From Eledone cirrhosa (Eukaryota): 64,000 bases of DNA. The notes under the pieces are model-generated. The model was not told the origin of the DNA and did no database searches. It was given only the letters and a program-made list of their open reading frames with translations. The stretch is from positions 34,224,001-34,288,000 of the forward strand of contig OZ024741.1 of the NCBI GenBank assembly GCA_964016885.1. The letters are read 5' to 3'. Each line of letters begins with the position of its first letter. The first letter of the stretch is position 1. Positions 21,566-35,115 of the stretch are shown here, piece after piece. Made by a program: the position numbers and the translations under genes.

Positions 21566-21570
<5 letters not shown>
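21299..21570 (+). mobile_element. Fold-back Penelope-pLTR-like element in (TA)n with a divergent hammerhead-like pair
   Basis: Palindrome 21299-21504. Motifs at 21327-21369 (-) and 21434-21476 (+): ACCGAG-CTGAGAA-stem II-GAAA-CATTTG-TT-CTC(G/A)GT. The tail 21505-21570 is homologous to the reverse complement of 57543-57610. Confidence 0.7.
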
Positions 21571-21600
<30 letters not shown>

Positions 21601-21602
<2 letters not shown>

Positions 21603-21875
21603 ATCATCATCACGGTTTAACGTCTATTTTTCCACGCTGGCTTGGGTTAGATGAGTTGTCCTGTTGTGAGAAATGCCGGTCAGGTGACCTTACCATGCTC
21701 ATACAGAACTGTTTCTGGCTTGGTCTCTACGGCTGGTTGCCCTTCCTAACATCAAGCACATTTACATTGAGTACTGGGTACTTTTTGTCGTGCCACCTAC
21801 ATGACCGCTTCACAGTGAAGACTGGATACTTTTTGTCGTGAGACCTACATAACCATTTCACAGTGTGGACTGGGC
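21601..21875 (-). mobile_element. RTE-type 3' UTR/tail fragment
   Basis: CATCATCAC..TTTAACGTC..TTCCACGCT..GCCCTTCCTAAC motifs as in the LINE A/B tails. Confidence 0.8.
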
Positions 21876-21897
21876 ACAAATTTAGATACATAAATGC

Positions 21898-21929
<32 letters not shown>

Positions 21930-22372
21930 GTTTTTATTTTTCAAATATTTCCAGCTTTAACAAATTAAAACATGTTTAGTGATTGTGTTATTTCCAATAT
22001 GTAGTGCAGTGTCTAAATAGTAATCAGTTTTTGTTCGTTTTGAAAGTAAACAGTAATGAACATTAGGGTCAGTGTTGTATGTAATTTAAATAACTAATTA
22101 ATGAAAACAGAAGAACTGTGTAATCAATGGGAGGTGGAGTATTTATTAACATAGTATGTAGATGTGATGATGGTGATGATGATAGCTGTGGTGGTTTTAG
22201 TGGTTGTTACAGGGGGTGAGGGGGGGTTATGGTGGTGGTGTTTGTGATGATGATAGTGGTGGTGATTGTTGTGATGGTGGTGGTGGTGGTGGTGGCGATG
22301 ATTGTTGTCTTTATTGTTTGTGAATGCATGTGTGTGTGTATATATATTTATATATATGTGTTTATGTATATG

Positions 22373-22441
<69 letters not shown>

Positions 22442-22769
22442 ATATATGAATATGTGTGTGTGTTTCTGTGTATAGTTGTGTGTGTGTTTGCTACTGTATA
22501 TAGTTGTGTGTGTGATTCATCTGAAATGTATTAATGATACTTGAGATTTTGCTATTTTCTTCCCCTCCTTGAGAGATCTGTGTTGGAAAGTGGGACAGTT
22601 GTGTTATGTCTTGGAAGTGGGTCTGATGGCGCCACTCTCTCAGATTGAGGGCTTTCGTAGTCCTTCCTTCCTATAGACCAGGCACTCACTGCTTTGGTTG
22701 GCTTAACTTTTTTATAACATCAGCTTTTTGTTGTGGTATAGACTTCGATATTGTTGTAACTAAGACCAC

Positions 22770-25540
22770 ACAGACATTACACTACACCATACACTGCACT
22801 ACACTACACCACACAAACACCATACACTGCACTACACTACACCACACATACACCATACACAGCACTACACTACACCATACACTGCACAGACACTACACAA
22901 ACATGATACACTGCACTACACTACACCACACAAACACCATACACTGCACTACACTACACCACACAAACACCATACACTGCACTACACTACGCCACGCAAA
23001 CACCATACACAGCACTACACTACACCATACACTGCACTACACTACACCACACATACACTGCACTACACTACACCACACAAACACTGCACTACACCACACA
23101 TACACTACACAAACACTGCACTACACTACACATACACCACACAAACACTGCACTACACCACACATACACTACACAAACACTGCACTACACATACACCACA
23201 CAAACACTGCACTACACTACACCACACATACACTACACAAACACCATACACAGCACTACACTACACCACACATACACTACACACTACACTACACTACACT
23301 ACACTACACTACACTACACTACACTACACTACACTACACTACACTACACTACACTACACTACACTACACTACACCACACAAACACCATACACTGCACTAC
23401 ACTACACCACACAAACACCATATACTGCACTACACTACGCCACGCAAACACCATACACAGCACTACACTACACCATACACTGCACTACACTACACCACAC
23501 ATACACTGCACTACACTACACCACACACACACTGCACTACACCACACATACACTACACAAACACTGCACTACACTACACATACACCACACAAACACTGCA
23601 CTACACCACACATACACTACACAAACACTGCACTACACATACACCACACAAACACTGCACTACACTACACCACACATACACTACACAAACACCATACACA
23701 GCACTACACTACACCACACATACACTACACACTACACTACACTACACTACACTACACTACACTACACTACACTACACTACACTACACTACACTACACTAC
23801 ACTACACTACACTACACTACACTACACTACACTACACTACACTACACTACACTACACTACACTACACTACACTACACTACACCACACATACACTACACTA
23901 CACCATACTCAAACACCATACTACAAACATACTCCTTGACACCACATACATACTCTACTACACAGCTCCACATACACTACACAACAGCACACATACACTA
24001 TACAACACCACATACACCACACTACACAACATCACATACATCACACATACACTACACAACACTACCGAACATCACATACACTACACAACACCATATACAC
24101 TACACAACACTATATACACTACACAACATCACATACACTACACAACACTACCGAACATCACATACACTACACAACACCATATACACTACACAACACCATA
24201 TACACTACATAACATCACATACACCACACATACGCCACACATACACTACACAACATCATATACACTACACAACACCACATACACTAAACAACATCACATA
24301 CACTACACAACACCATATAAACTACACAACATATACACTACACATACACCATATACACTACACAACATCACATACACTACACAACGCCATATATACTACA
24401 CAACACCATATACACTACACAACACCATATACACTAAACATACACCATTTACACTACACAACACCATACACTACACAACACCTTACACTACACAACACCA
24501 CATACACCACACACTACACAACACCACATACACCACACAAGACCATATACACTACACAACATCACATACACTACACAATACCATATACACCACACAACAT
24601 CACATACACTACACAACATCACATACACTACACAACACCATATACACCATACAACACCATATACACCACACAACACCATATACACTACACAACATCACAT
24701 ACACTACACAACATCACATACACTACACAACATCACATACACTACACAACACCATATACACTACACAACACCATATACACTACAGAACACCATATACACT
24801 ACACAACATCACATACACTACACAACACCATATACACTACACAACATCACATACACCACGCATGCACTACACAACATCATATACATTACACAACACCATA
24901 TACACTACACAACACCATATACACTACACAACACCACATACACAATATACACTACACAACATCACATACACCACACAACACCATATACACTACACAACAC
25001 ATACACCACACAACACCATATACACTACACAACACCATATACACTACACAACACCATATACACTACACAACACCATATACACTACACAACACCATATACA
25101 CTACACAACACCACATACACCACACACACCATATACACCACACAACACCACATACACCACACAACACCATATTCACTACACAACACCATATACACTACCA
25201 AACACCACATACACCACACAACACCATATACACTACACAACACCACATAACACCATATACACTACACAACACCATATACACTACACAACACCACATACAC
25301 CACACACACCACACAACACCACATACACCACACAACACCACATACACCACACAACACCATACACCACACAACACCACATACACCACACAACACCACATAC
25401 ACCACACAATACCACATACACCACACAACACCATATACACTACACAATACCATATACACTACACAATACCATATACACTACACAACACCACATACCACAC
25501 AACACCACATACACCACACAACACCATACACTACACATCT
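22770..25540. repeat. CA-rich cryptic satellite with perfect (ACACT)n cores
   Basis: Pure pentamer runs at about 23275-23370 and 23725-23880, embedded in CACCATATACACTACACAA-type units. Confidence 0.95.
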
Positions 25541-26271
25541 CCCTGTTCCATCACATTGTGTTAGCTAATTCTCAATAGTAACACATTATTATGTCCAAAT
25601 TATGCCTGACTCGTGTGGGGCTGACTGAATAGAATCTGTTCAATTTTAGCAAAGAGGTAGCAACAGGGAACAGCAAATCAAAGAAGGAGCTAGTTAACCG
25701 ATACATGCATGGTCCCGTAACTGACGAGGGAGACGTGGGGGCACTGTATTGACATATGATGTTACTAGGGTATTTTTAAGCCTGGTGGAGCCCAATCCTT
25801 TCCAGGTCTCAATACAGCAGATTTCTTCCAGAGAAGGATGGAGAGTGAGAGAATGGAAGTGAGAAAGAGATATAGAGGAAGAATCGACCCCAGTACTAGA
25901 CTGGTACTTTTTTTATCGACTTCGAATGGATAAAAGGCAAAGTTGACCTCAGTGGGATTTGAACTCGGGGAGCAGAGTGCTGAAATGAATACCATAAAGC
26001 ATTCTATCTGACTCTGCCAATTTGCTAATAACAAGATCCAAACAGAAAAGTCATCCATTTTGGTTGTCACCCATAAGGATGATTGTTTGACAAACAGGTT
26101 CCATTCCAGTTTTGTAGTTGTTTAGACCAAGGATGCTCCAGCTGTGACACTGCCATCCCATTTACTTTCTCAGGCATAATATACCTAGGACTACATTATC
26201 TGTTTAACTAAGAGGAGGCCACATATAAAATATATGTTAGGAGGACATATGTAGATATAACTGTGTCTGCT

Positions 26272-26440
26272 GACATAGCTGTGTAGTTAAAAAATTTGCT
26301 TTGCAACCACATGGTTACTGGTTCAATCTCACTGTACAGCACCTTGGACAAGAATTTTCTACAATAGTCTTCAGCTGACCAATGCCTTGTGAGTGGAATT
26401 TGTTAGGTGAAAATTGAGCTGGTGTCCATCATTGTGTGTG
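26272..26440 (+). mobile_element. Decayed tRNA-derived SINE (family 3)
   Basis: A-box/B-box relics (TAGCTGTGTAG, GGTTCAATCTC) followed by CACCTTGGACAAG core and CCTTGTGAGTGGA. A similar relic lies near 54110-54220. Confidence 0.6.
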
Positions 26441-26854
26441 TGTATCAATCACTTGTGTGTATCTGTGAAAGATGTAAAGATTAATGAGAAAACCAATAAA
26501 CAAGTGCTTTCAAACAAAAATACCCAGTGTGGTATTTGTTCTGCCTTAGTTACACAGATCCTCCCTTGTCTCAATGAGAAATGCTGTAAATAAATGATTG
26601 TACCATTGGAGACATGTAATTAATAGGACTCTTGTTCTCCTAATAGGGATGATCAGGGCACCCCACAAGCCCATGGTCACCCTGATTATCAAGGGCAAGT
26701 GCCCTCTTTCGATTTTCCTACTTCGACCTATAGACTTATACTGAGAGTAGAACCAGTCAATCTCGTCATTTTCATTTGTCACCCATCTTTGATAAAATTC
26801 ACTATAGGAGAATACCTCCTGCTCCTCTCACATAAAAATAATGATAATAATAAT

Positions 26855-27058
26855 GGTTTTTGATTTAGGCACAAGGCCAGCAATTTGGGGGGGGGGGGGG
26901 AAGTTGATCAAATCGACCCCAGTGCATAACTGGTGCTTTATTTATTCACCCTGTAAGGATGAAAGGCAAAGCTAACCTCGGCGGGATTTGAACTCGGATC
27001 GTAAAGGGCCGTAACTCTATGCTGCAAAGCATGTCCGATACTGCCAATCCACCGCCCT
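26855..27058 (-). mobile_element. SINE family 2 copy, ending about 85 bp upstream of the exon splice acceptor
   Basis: Same core as 19515-19702, with (ATA)n on both sides. Confidence 0.85.
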
Positions 27059-27143
27059 TAATAATAATAATAATATTTCATCACTATATTTATCTGAGTA
27101 GAGTCTCTAATATATGTTTTTTATTTTTTTTGTTATTTTTCAG

Positions 27144-27604
27144 AAAATCAAGATGTTAATTTAGATGCCATTCTTGGAGAACTCTGTGAACTAGAATGTC
27201 AGTTAAATACAACACAGAGTGAAATATCAAAGTCTCTGGCTCCAACCACTCCACAGTCTACAACAGGTATCAACTCTACTGATCCACCGGTGCACAATGA
27301 AACAGGAGACCCAATTCAAGCTGAACTCGATGCACTGGCTGCAGAAATCACCAAAGGACTTGGATTTAATACAGCCGATGATTTCTTTGGAATGCACTCC
27401 GAGCTTACGTCACTGTTTCCGGACGGTGGTTTGGATATCACGGAAACAGACTCTGCTTACTCCGACAATGCTTCATTGCCGTCATCGGAGTCATTCACAT
27501 CAATGGCCACTGTGTCTTCATCTGCCGATACGTCGAGCACTGGAGACGCCTGTAGCACGAGCAGCACTAGTACACTAACGCCAGCTTCTGCCACCCAGAC
27601 TGAA
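27144..27604 (+). CDS. Internal coding exon (461 bp, phase 1 to phase 0) of an MRL-family adaptor gene (RAPH1/lamellipodin, APBB1IP/RIAM, pico-like)
   Basis: Polypyrimidine tract plus TTTTCAG acceptor, and GAA|GTAAGT donor. Open frame NQDVNLDAILGELCELECQL...ELDALAAEI...TDSAYSDNASLPSSES..., which resembles from memory the LDAILGEL and DSAFSD..S..SSES motifs of invertebrate MRL proteins upstream of the RA-PH domains. Confidence 0.85.
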
Positions 27605-27641
27605 GTAAGTTCTTTCAATTCCATACTTACATGCACAAACA

Positions 27642-27684
<43 letters not shown>

Positions 27685-28085
27685 GTGTATGTATGTACAT
27701 ATTGTTCTTAATTATTTCTGTTATTTGTCTTTTGTTTTAACATTTTCACTGCAACTCCCCACCTCTCCACAGTATTTACAAAATATACCCTTAATTAAGG
27801 CAGTCCTCTGTGAAAAATGTTCCCTCCCAAGTGTATTATTTTTGCCTTATACGCCCGGGATAGCCCGAAAATCTATTTACATAGTCCACTATTGGGTGTG
27901 TATGTGTTATCCAGGTTTACCAGATCAATTTCATAAAAAGTAGCACAGCATTTTCAAAAGTAGCAGATTGTGTTAGAAAGTAACCCCAACTGAACATTTT
28001 GATAGATTAAAATATATAACCTAGGCCAGCATGGAAAAACAGACGTTAAATCATGAATGAAAAATTATATATATATATATATATA

Positions 28086-28231
28086 CAATAAGGATTTAGA
28101 ACAATGTGTATATTAGTAGAGTGTAAACATCAATATTTAATATAGAAACGGCTTCTACAGAACTAGAACTGTTTCATTCGTATAAAATCATGATTTCATA
28201 TAAATGAAACACTTCTAGTCCTGTAGAAGCC
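28086..28231. mobile_element. Fold-back pLTR-like element in (TA)n; palindrome axis falls inside the hammerhead core
   Basis: Palindrome 28150-28231 with zero spacer at AAATCA|TGATTT. The + arm reads TGA-TTTCATATAAAT-GAAA-CACTTCTAG-TC-CTGTAG. Confidence 0.68.
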
Positions 28232-29255
28232 ATATATATATATATATATATATTGTGTGGATCACCAGCATTAGGGAAGCTGTCATGTCCTTAATGATCC
28301 TCCCAACCCTTTGTTTGGCAAAGTTTCTATGATTGGATGCATAAGTAACAACCAATCAGTGTATAATGATACAATTAGATTTAAGCACTCAACGTCATGT
28401 ATTTCTAAATATGATTTGTCAGTCAGTGATGGAGTACAAGTAGAATAAGGAAAATGCAAAGTTCAGTATAGATGTTTAACAATCCTTTAACAAAGCTGTG
28501 ATACATATTTCAATGGCAATTGTAGCTGCGTGATTGTTCGATGACACAACCAATCAGATATCATTAGACAGCGTCTTATGTAATAAGGTTACTTTTCGTA
28601 AGCAATCCAATCTAAAGACAAGGGAACAGACAGAAAAGACGTTTTCATAAAGTCTGTTCTAATATATATATAAAGCATTGCCTGTAGATTAGTTCCAATT
28701 TACTTAGTTGATAACCTAATCTTTAGGGCGCTGATTTTTTAATGAATTGCCTCCCTTGACACTTTATGTATTAAGGAGAGATTACTCTATTGGCGACTTA
28801 TGTCACCAACAGTTCCAAGAAGGTTAATATGATATTCAATAGCATTCTTTAAAAAATAGAATATTAAAATAATGAGGGGCCCAAATTAAAAAACAAACAT
28901 AGTGTGCTGTCGTGAATAGTACATGTAGCTCAGTCTATCAGTCTAACAACCCCGTCTGTACTCCCTGACAGTACCCTGGGGAAAAAGGTGATGTAGTTGA
29001 GTTATTAAAAAAATATTGCAGTGAAAATGTTAACAGAATAAATAACTAACTAAAATTATAAGTATATCCATGTGTTTCATAATTAATCTGTTTCGTTGTA
29101 CTAATGAGCAATGCTGGATTTTAATTGCTAACCTTATATAACATACATTTCTTTTTCTCATGTTCTGTATGATTGAAAAAAGGAGGAATGAGTACTTTGA
29201 GAGAGTTACCTGCTTAGTATGTCCCTGTAGCATTGACTCCATTGTTGCTTGGGAC

Positions 29256-29832
29256 AACCCTTTTTATACCAACTTGGCCACAACCGACCCTGATTCTAGG
29301 AAAGAAAACCATCCATTTCAAACAACCCCTATATAAATTTATATCTACCCACATGATATTATACAAGAACCATATTTTAAGTTATTATATTAGTGAAGGC
29401 ACATGGCTTAGTGGTTAGAACATCAGGCTTACAATCATGAGGTTGTGAGTCCGATTCTTGGATCAGGCTTTGCTGTGATCTTGAGCAAGATATTTATTTC
29501 ACGTTTTTCCAGTTTACTCTAGAAATGAGTTGTGACGTGACTGGTACCAAGCTGTATAGGCCATTGCCTTTCCCTTGGACAACATCGGTGGCATGGAGAA
29601 GGGATTACTTGTATACATGGGTGACTGCTGGTCTTCCACAAACAACCTTGACCAGACTTGTGCCTCAGAGGGGAACTTTCTAGGTGCAAATCCCATAGTC
29701 ATTTGTGACCGAAGGGGCTCTTTACCCTACCCTTACCCTAATTAAGAATGAAATAATTAATCATTAAAAATTCTGCATTAATTAATTGAGAGTATATTTA
29801 TTTCATTATAAATATGGTAATGAGTTGAGGTT
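29256..29832. mobile_element. Old AT-rich MITE-like element interrupted by a SINE
   Basis: The flanks align to the uninterrupted element at 55767-55995 (TACCAAC..TTCTAGGAAA..AAGAACC..TAAGTTA..CATTAATTAATT..TTTCATTA). Confidence 0.55.
29397..29740 (+). mobile_element. tRNA-derived SINE with the same head/core as 19085 but a different body and (TACCC)n tail
   Basis: CATGGCTTAGTGGTTAGA head and CTTGAGCAAGA..TTTATTTCACGTT core. The body also occurs at 48300-48490. Confidence 0.85.
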
Positions 29833-30956
29833 TGTGCATTGTATCAACTAGTGGGGTGGGGGGTTTCTGTATCACATGACTAACAATCATTTAAGGTCTG
29901 TTGATCACATTGATTTATTCTGCAAATATTAAGTGGACCTTATTGTTCCTATGTGATTTATACAGGGAGGTTGGTGGTGGTGTTGTCTTTGTAAGGCTCT
30001 ATTAGATGATGGTGGTACCCACAGGTGTCACCAATAATACCTTGCTATGCCATTCAATATCTACAAAATAAATTACCATATATATATTTGAATATAAACC
30101 AAAAAATTGATGGTAAAATAGGAGGTTGGCTTATATACACCATCTAAACAATGTGTTCATTAGCTACCTCGGCTTAAAATTATAATAGTAATAATGAAAA
30201 TTATTGTGTACAGTGCTCAGGTGCACTACAACTCATCAAAGGTACATGTATAGTGCATAGAATATTGTACAAAAGTCAGGAAAGTGAACAGTGTATGAGT
30301 CATGATATACAGACAGGTACATGTGTGTGTATGGATATCAGGTGTAGTGTTGGTGGATTTGGGGAAGCATGAACATTTTGAAGGATGCAGTGTCCCGACA
30401 GCTAACAACTGATGCAGGGTGTTTGGATTTTTGTCCCTTTTTCAGACATAAAATAAGGGGCAGGGAGTCGGCTTATATTCAGATCAACTTATATTTGAGT
30501 TTTTACAGTAATTGAAACTGATATCATCCTCATTTTTACATTTTACCATGATTTTGGATGATTTTGAGGCAGTATTTTACAGCTGTATGTACTCTTCTTG
30601 GTACCAACCCTTGGTTTTTGTTTTTCTAAGTAAAGTACTTAACCCACTGATCTTTCCATATTAAACTGCTGAACTACACCATATATAAAAACATCACCAG
30701 CTGCACAAGCGGAACCTGAAGACACATGCTGAGACAAGTGCATACACACACACACGTGCACACACATGCATACACGTGAACGCACACACACATGCATACA
30801 CACACACACGTGCACACGCACACACATATTTGGTTTATTTACAAAGCATTAGGGGAAATATAAAAGAATGTTAGCCAGTGTAGACAACTATAAGTAATAA
30901 TTGAATAAGTTGCGTAAAATTATTCCTAGCGGTGGGAAAATGTGGACTAGTCAGAG

Positions 30957-31026
30957 ATGCCTGCAGGAATTGAACCGTAGATCTCTTGTATGCCAGACAA
31001 GTGCATTGAACCATTACACTATTGTC
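30957..31026 (-). pseudogene. tRNA-like relic (GGC anticodon arm), probably a SINE head
   Basis: A box TAGTGTAATGG, anticodon arm CTTGT-CTGGCAT-ACAAG, B box GGTTCAATTCC. The acceptor and T stems do not pair. Confidence 0.5.
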
Positions 31027-32509
31027 TTTTTAGAAGTTTTAAGTATTGTATATTTATTCCAGACTTCTAAGCAATTATATCATATATACATATACACATA
31101 TATATGTCATAGTTAGAGAGGCAAGTTAAGACCAGTCTTAAGACCAACATGCTGTACTGTCTGGTTAGGGTCCCCACTGCTGGTCACTGAAGACCAACAT
31201 ATCTGGTGACCACTGCTGGTCACTAAAGACCAACATATTATCTGGTGACCACTGCCAATCCTCTGCCCTATGGCCTCATCATGTTCTGTCTTGACTAGTT
31301 GATCATCACTCACCATTGTTACTTTAGAATTGACATCCACATGGACACTGGGAGTGGGTCTCAAGTAAGAGAACTGGGCTTCCTTCTGTTGCATGTATGA
31401 TACAGAAGAAGACTGCCTGCTTGTGTGTTTGTTTCCAAGAAAAGAAAACTGGCCTGTTTCTGTACATAGTTGTGGAATGGTGAGGAGGAAGAACTGTTCA
31501 CTTCCTACATCTGATATTGTAAGTTATAAACTGACATTTAAACACAGCAGTCTGTGTGTGTGTGAGGATGTGAGGAGACATAGAAAAAGGAGGTCCTTCA
31601 GTTGATGTCTGATGACAAAACCAAACCAGTGTCCCAAATATAATACAACTTGGTAAAAAAATACATCAACATAAACAAACAACATCAAAAATAACAACAA
31701 TAATGATAATAATTTCAAACTTTGGCAGTTTTGGTGGGGACAGAAATATAGTTGATATAATCATCCCTTAAATATTATACTATAAGGCAGTGTGCTACTG
31801 TCCCTGCCTATTCAGAGTATTTTAGTAAATAATAATAATAATAGTAATGGTTTCTGATTTAGGCACAAGGCCAACAATTTTGGGGAAGGAGAAAGTCGAT
31901 TAAATCGACCCCAGTGCATTACTGGTACTTTATTTATCAACCACGTAAGGATTATTGCCAATCCACCACCCTATAGTTCCTGATTCAGGCACAAGGCCAA
32001 CAATTTTGCGAGAGGGGAAAGTTGATTAAATCAACCCCAGTGCGTGACATTTTATTGACCTCATAAAGATGAAGGGCAAAGCTAACTTCAGCAGGATTTG
32101 AACTCAGAACGTAAAGGGCTGTAACGCTATGCTGAAAAGCATACTGTTTGATGTTCTACTGATACTGCCAGTCCACTGCCCTTTAATAATAATGATGATG
32201 ATAATTTCATATATGGGCACAAGGCCATAAATTTAGGGTAAAGGGACAGATGATTATATATATATATTGATTTCTGTGGAAGGATGAGAGAGTTGTTGTT
32301 TGTCTTCTTTATTTTTTCTCTTTCATTCTTTTTCTTTCTTTATTTATTTTATCTACTTCTGTATCTTCTTCCTTTTTAAAAAAAAATCCCCCAAATCTCA
32401 GAACAATTCCCAGATGTCTCTGTTAGAAGAGACAGACAGCTAGATAGATGGGCAACCATAATTTTACAATATTCCTCCTCTTGTATATCTGTCTATGCAT
32501 ATATGTGTG

Positions 32510-32556
<47 letters not shown>

Positions 32557-32618
32557 GTCTGTGTATGTATGTGTGGGTATATGTGTGTGTATATATATAT
32601 ACACACACACATTAGTGC

Positions 32619-33015
32619 CATCATCATCATCATCATCACCGTTTTACGTCCATTCTTCCACGCTAGCTTGTCTTGCTCATACGGAAACTGATTCTGGCTT
32701 GATTTCTACAGCTGGATGCCCTTCCTAACACCAACCTCATTTACAGTGAGTGCTGGGTGCTTTTTTTCCGTGGCGCCTACACGTCCACTTTACAGTGTGG
32801 GCTGGGTACTTTTTTTGCCATGGCACCTCCACGACCACTTTGCAGTGGAATAATAGGGACTCCAGCCCTATCATCTTTTTTCTACAACTGAGTAAACTAG
32901 AGCAATGTGAAATAAAATGTCTTGCTCAAGGAAACAACATATCACCCAGTTCGAGAATTGAACTCACAACCTTTTGATTGCAAGGCCAATGCTCTAACCA
33001 CTAAGCCATGCTGCC
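32619..33015 (-). mobile_element. SINE of the 19085 family with a LINE-D-type tail
   Basis: Reverse complement of the 19085 head/core. The tail matches 16260-16504 and ends in (TGA)n. Confidence 0.88.
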
Positions 33016-33573
33016 ATATTCTCATAAAAAATATTGACAGGGTGTTTACTTAGTTGCACTCTAAATCTACCAGACCTCTCGACAATAAGGTTTGGTACCC
33101 TACCAGAGCTTCTCTCCACAAGGTTTGGTACTCTACCACATTTTCTCTTTACAATAAGGTCTGGTACCCTACCATAGCTTCTCTCACTATAAGGTTTGGT
33201 ACCCTACCAGACTCTCTGCAATGAGCTTTGGTACCCTGTGACTTCTACTTACATCTCTGAACTTCTCAAATGACACCAATACACCCAATTCCACAGAGGA
33301 GCAGCAGCACGTGTGGAACTGTAGACTAGAAAGTCATGTAAAGAATATTCTAGACCTAACCTTTTCTCTCTCAATCCCCATCTTCCTCCACTCTGAACTT
33401 ATTTCTTCACGTGTTCATATTTTTTTAATAATGTTCACTTATCTTACACATATACATACATACACATATGTGTCTATGTATATATGTGTGTGTATATGTA
33501 TATGTGTGTGTAGATACATGTGTGTGTGTGTATATATACATGTGTATATGTATATGTGTGCATATAGATACAC

Positions 33574-33910
33574 ATCATCATCATCATCATTTAACGTCCA
33601 TCTTCCACGCTAGCATGGGTCTGGACGGGAATTGTCCCACTTGATGCAAGATTGGTTGTCTTGCTCAGGACTGTCTGGCGGGTTTTCTATGACTGGATGC
33701 CCTTCTTAACACCAACCACGTTTACAGTGTGGACTGGGAGGTTTTTACCATGTTACCTACACGGCCACATTACAGCGTGGACTGTGTGTTTTTTTTGTCG
33801 TGACACCTACACAACGTCATTTATTTAGGACTGGGCGTTGTGGTACCAACATAACTTTACATCGAAAGGGGTGGTGTAGATGGGGGTGGGGGTAGTGGGA
33901 CGGGGGGTGT
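33574..33910 (-). mobile_element. Solo 3' UTR of RTE family A/B
   Basis: Colinear with 8693-9035 and 10597-10945. Confidence 0.9.
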
Positions 33911-34454
33911 ATACACGTGTGTAAGTATGTATATACATATGGGTGTGTATGTATGTGTGTGCATATATATTTATATATATACACACACGCATATTAACAT
34001 AATGCCCATAAAAAATTATGAAGTTTATAGTGAGAAATACTTAATTTAATAACTCCTTGATTTCAACATTCTATGTAAAGATATTTGAATCTTCAATTAT
34101 CCTTAACTTTCTCTCTCTTGTCACTCCAGCCATTGCTGTATTTCATTTTACATACATTTGAATCTTATCAAACATATCCACTAATTTACAATGTCTTTGT
34201 TCTACCTATATATGTGTCTGTCTAATTTTGTGACTATGTATGTTGGCTTAAGTTGGACAAGCCGTAACAGACCATATCAATACATAATTAGAGTTACTGA
34301 CCTATCAGAGGCCAGGTATCTCATGTTACAGAGAGTACTGGGTGCATTTGATCATGGTACAAAACAAGAGAGTTTGTCATCTCCATGACACAAATGCTCT
34401 TTCTAACAACCACTCACTTCTGTACTGGCTACACTTTTCATAGAACTATCACTG

Positions 34455-34491
<37 letters not shown>

Positions 34492-34747
34492 TCATCATAC
34501 GTCTGCTTTTCCCTGCTTATGGAAGATACATATACATGTATACATAAGTATAAAAACACACCTATATAAGGTTTCCATCCTTTACTAGTTTTGCTCGATG
34601 AATGAATTAAATAAATAATCAATTAGTCAGAGCTTTATGTAATTATAAGTAGGAAGAGCAAACAAGATAAAAAGTTACCTAATTTTACTTCAATGTCAGG
34701 TCATTGAAGTAAAATTAGGTTACTATAGTTAGTTTATTCATTATCAG

Positions 34748-35115
34748 TCTTCTTCTTCTCCATCCACTTATTCCTGATAGGGTCGTTGGGATTCCTCAAA
34801 GACTCCTCCCAGTGGGTTCTCTCAGAAGCAACTGTCTCCAACTGGATCCCCAAGCAAGACCAGCCAAGCTCATGGATGTTATCCAACCATTTTGCATGGG
34901 GTCTACCCCTGGGTCTCCTGCCAATTGGTTTTGTAAAATTGCCTGTAAAATTTGTCCAGCGATTTTTTCCTGAGACATTCTAAACACAAGCCCATAGTAT
35001 CGGAGCTGTGATCTCCCAATTCGGAGAAGTAGCGGCTCTCTGATCGCGAAATTACACTTTCTATCAAGTAACGTTAACTCTAAAGACCCTTCAGAGGACC
35101 CCATTTCGGCCGCTG
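34748..35115 (-). mobile_element. Old RTE-type LINE 3' fragment (third family)
   Basis: LLLRIGRSQLRYYG..RMSQE. The same family occurs at 53340-53680 (+) and 56250-56920 (+). Confidence 0.75.

Noticed and set aside
22645-25578. 977-aa and 542-aa His/Thr/Tyr-rich ORFs
   Set aside because: Translation of G-poor CA-rich satellite that rarely forms stops. No splice or domain evidence.
25705-25745. GTCCCGTAACTGACGAGGGAGAC as a hammerhead
   Set aside because: Has CUGACGA but no GAAA or stem III in a workable arrangement.
27605-27943. C-terminal extension of the 217-aa ORF
   Set aside because: Read-through past a consensus GTAAGT donor into a (TA)n-containing intron.
30957-31026. Functional tRNA-Ala(GGC)
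   Set aside because: The acceptor and T stems do not pair, and this anticodon is atypical in eukaryotes. Treated as a SINE-type relic.
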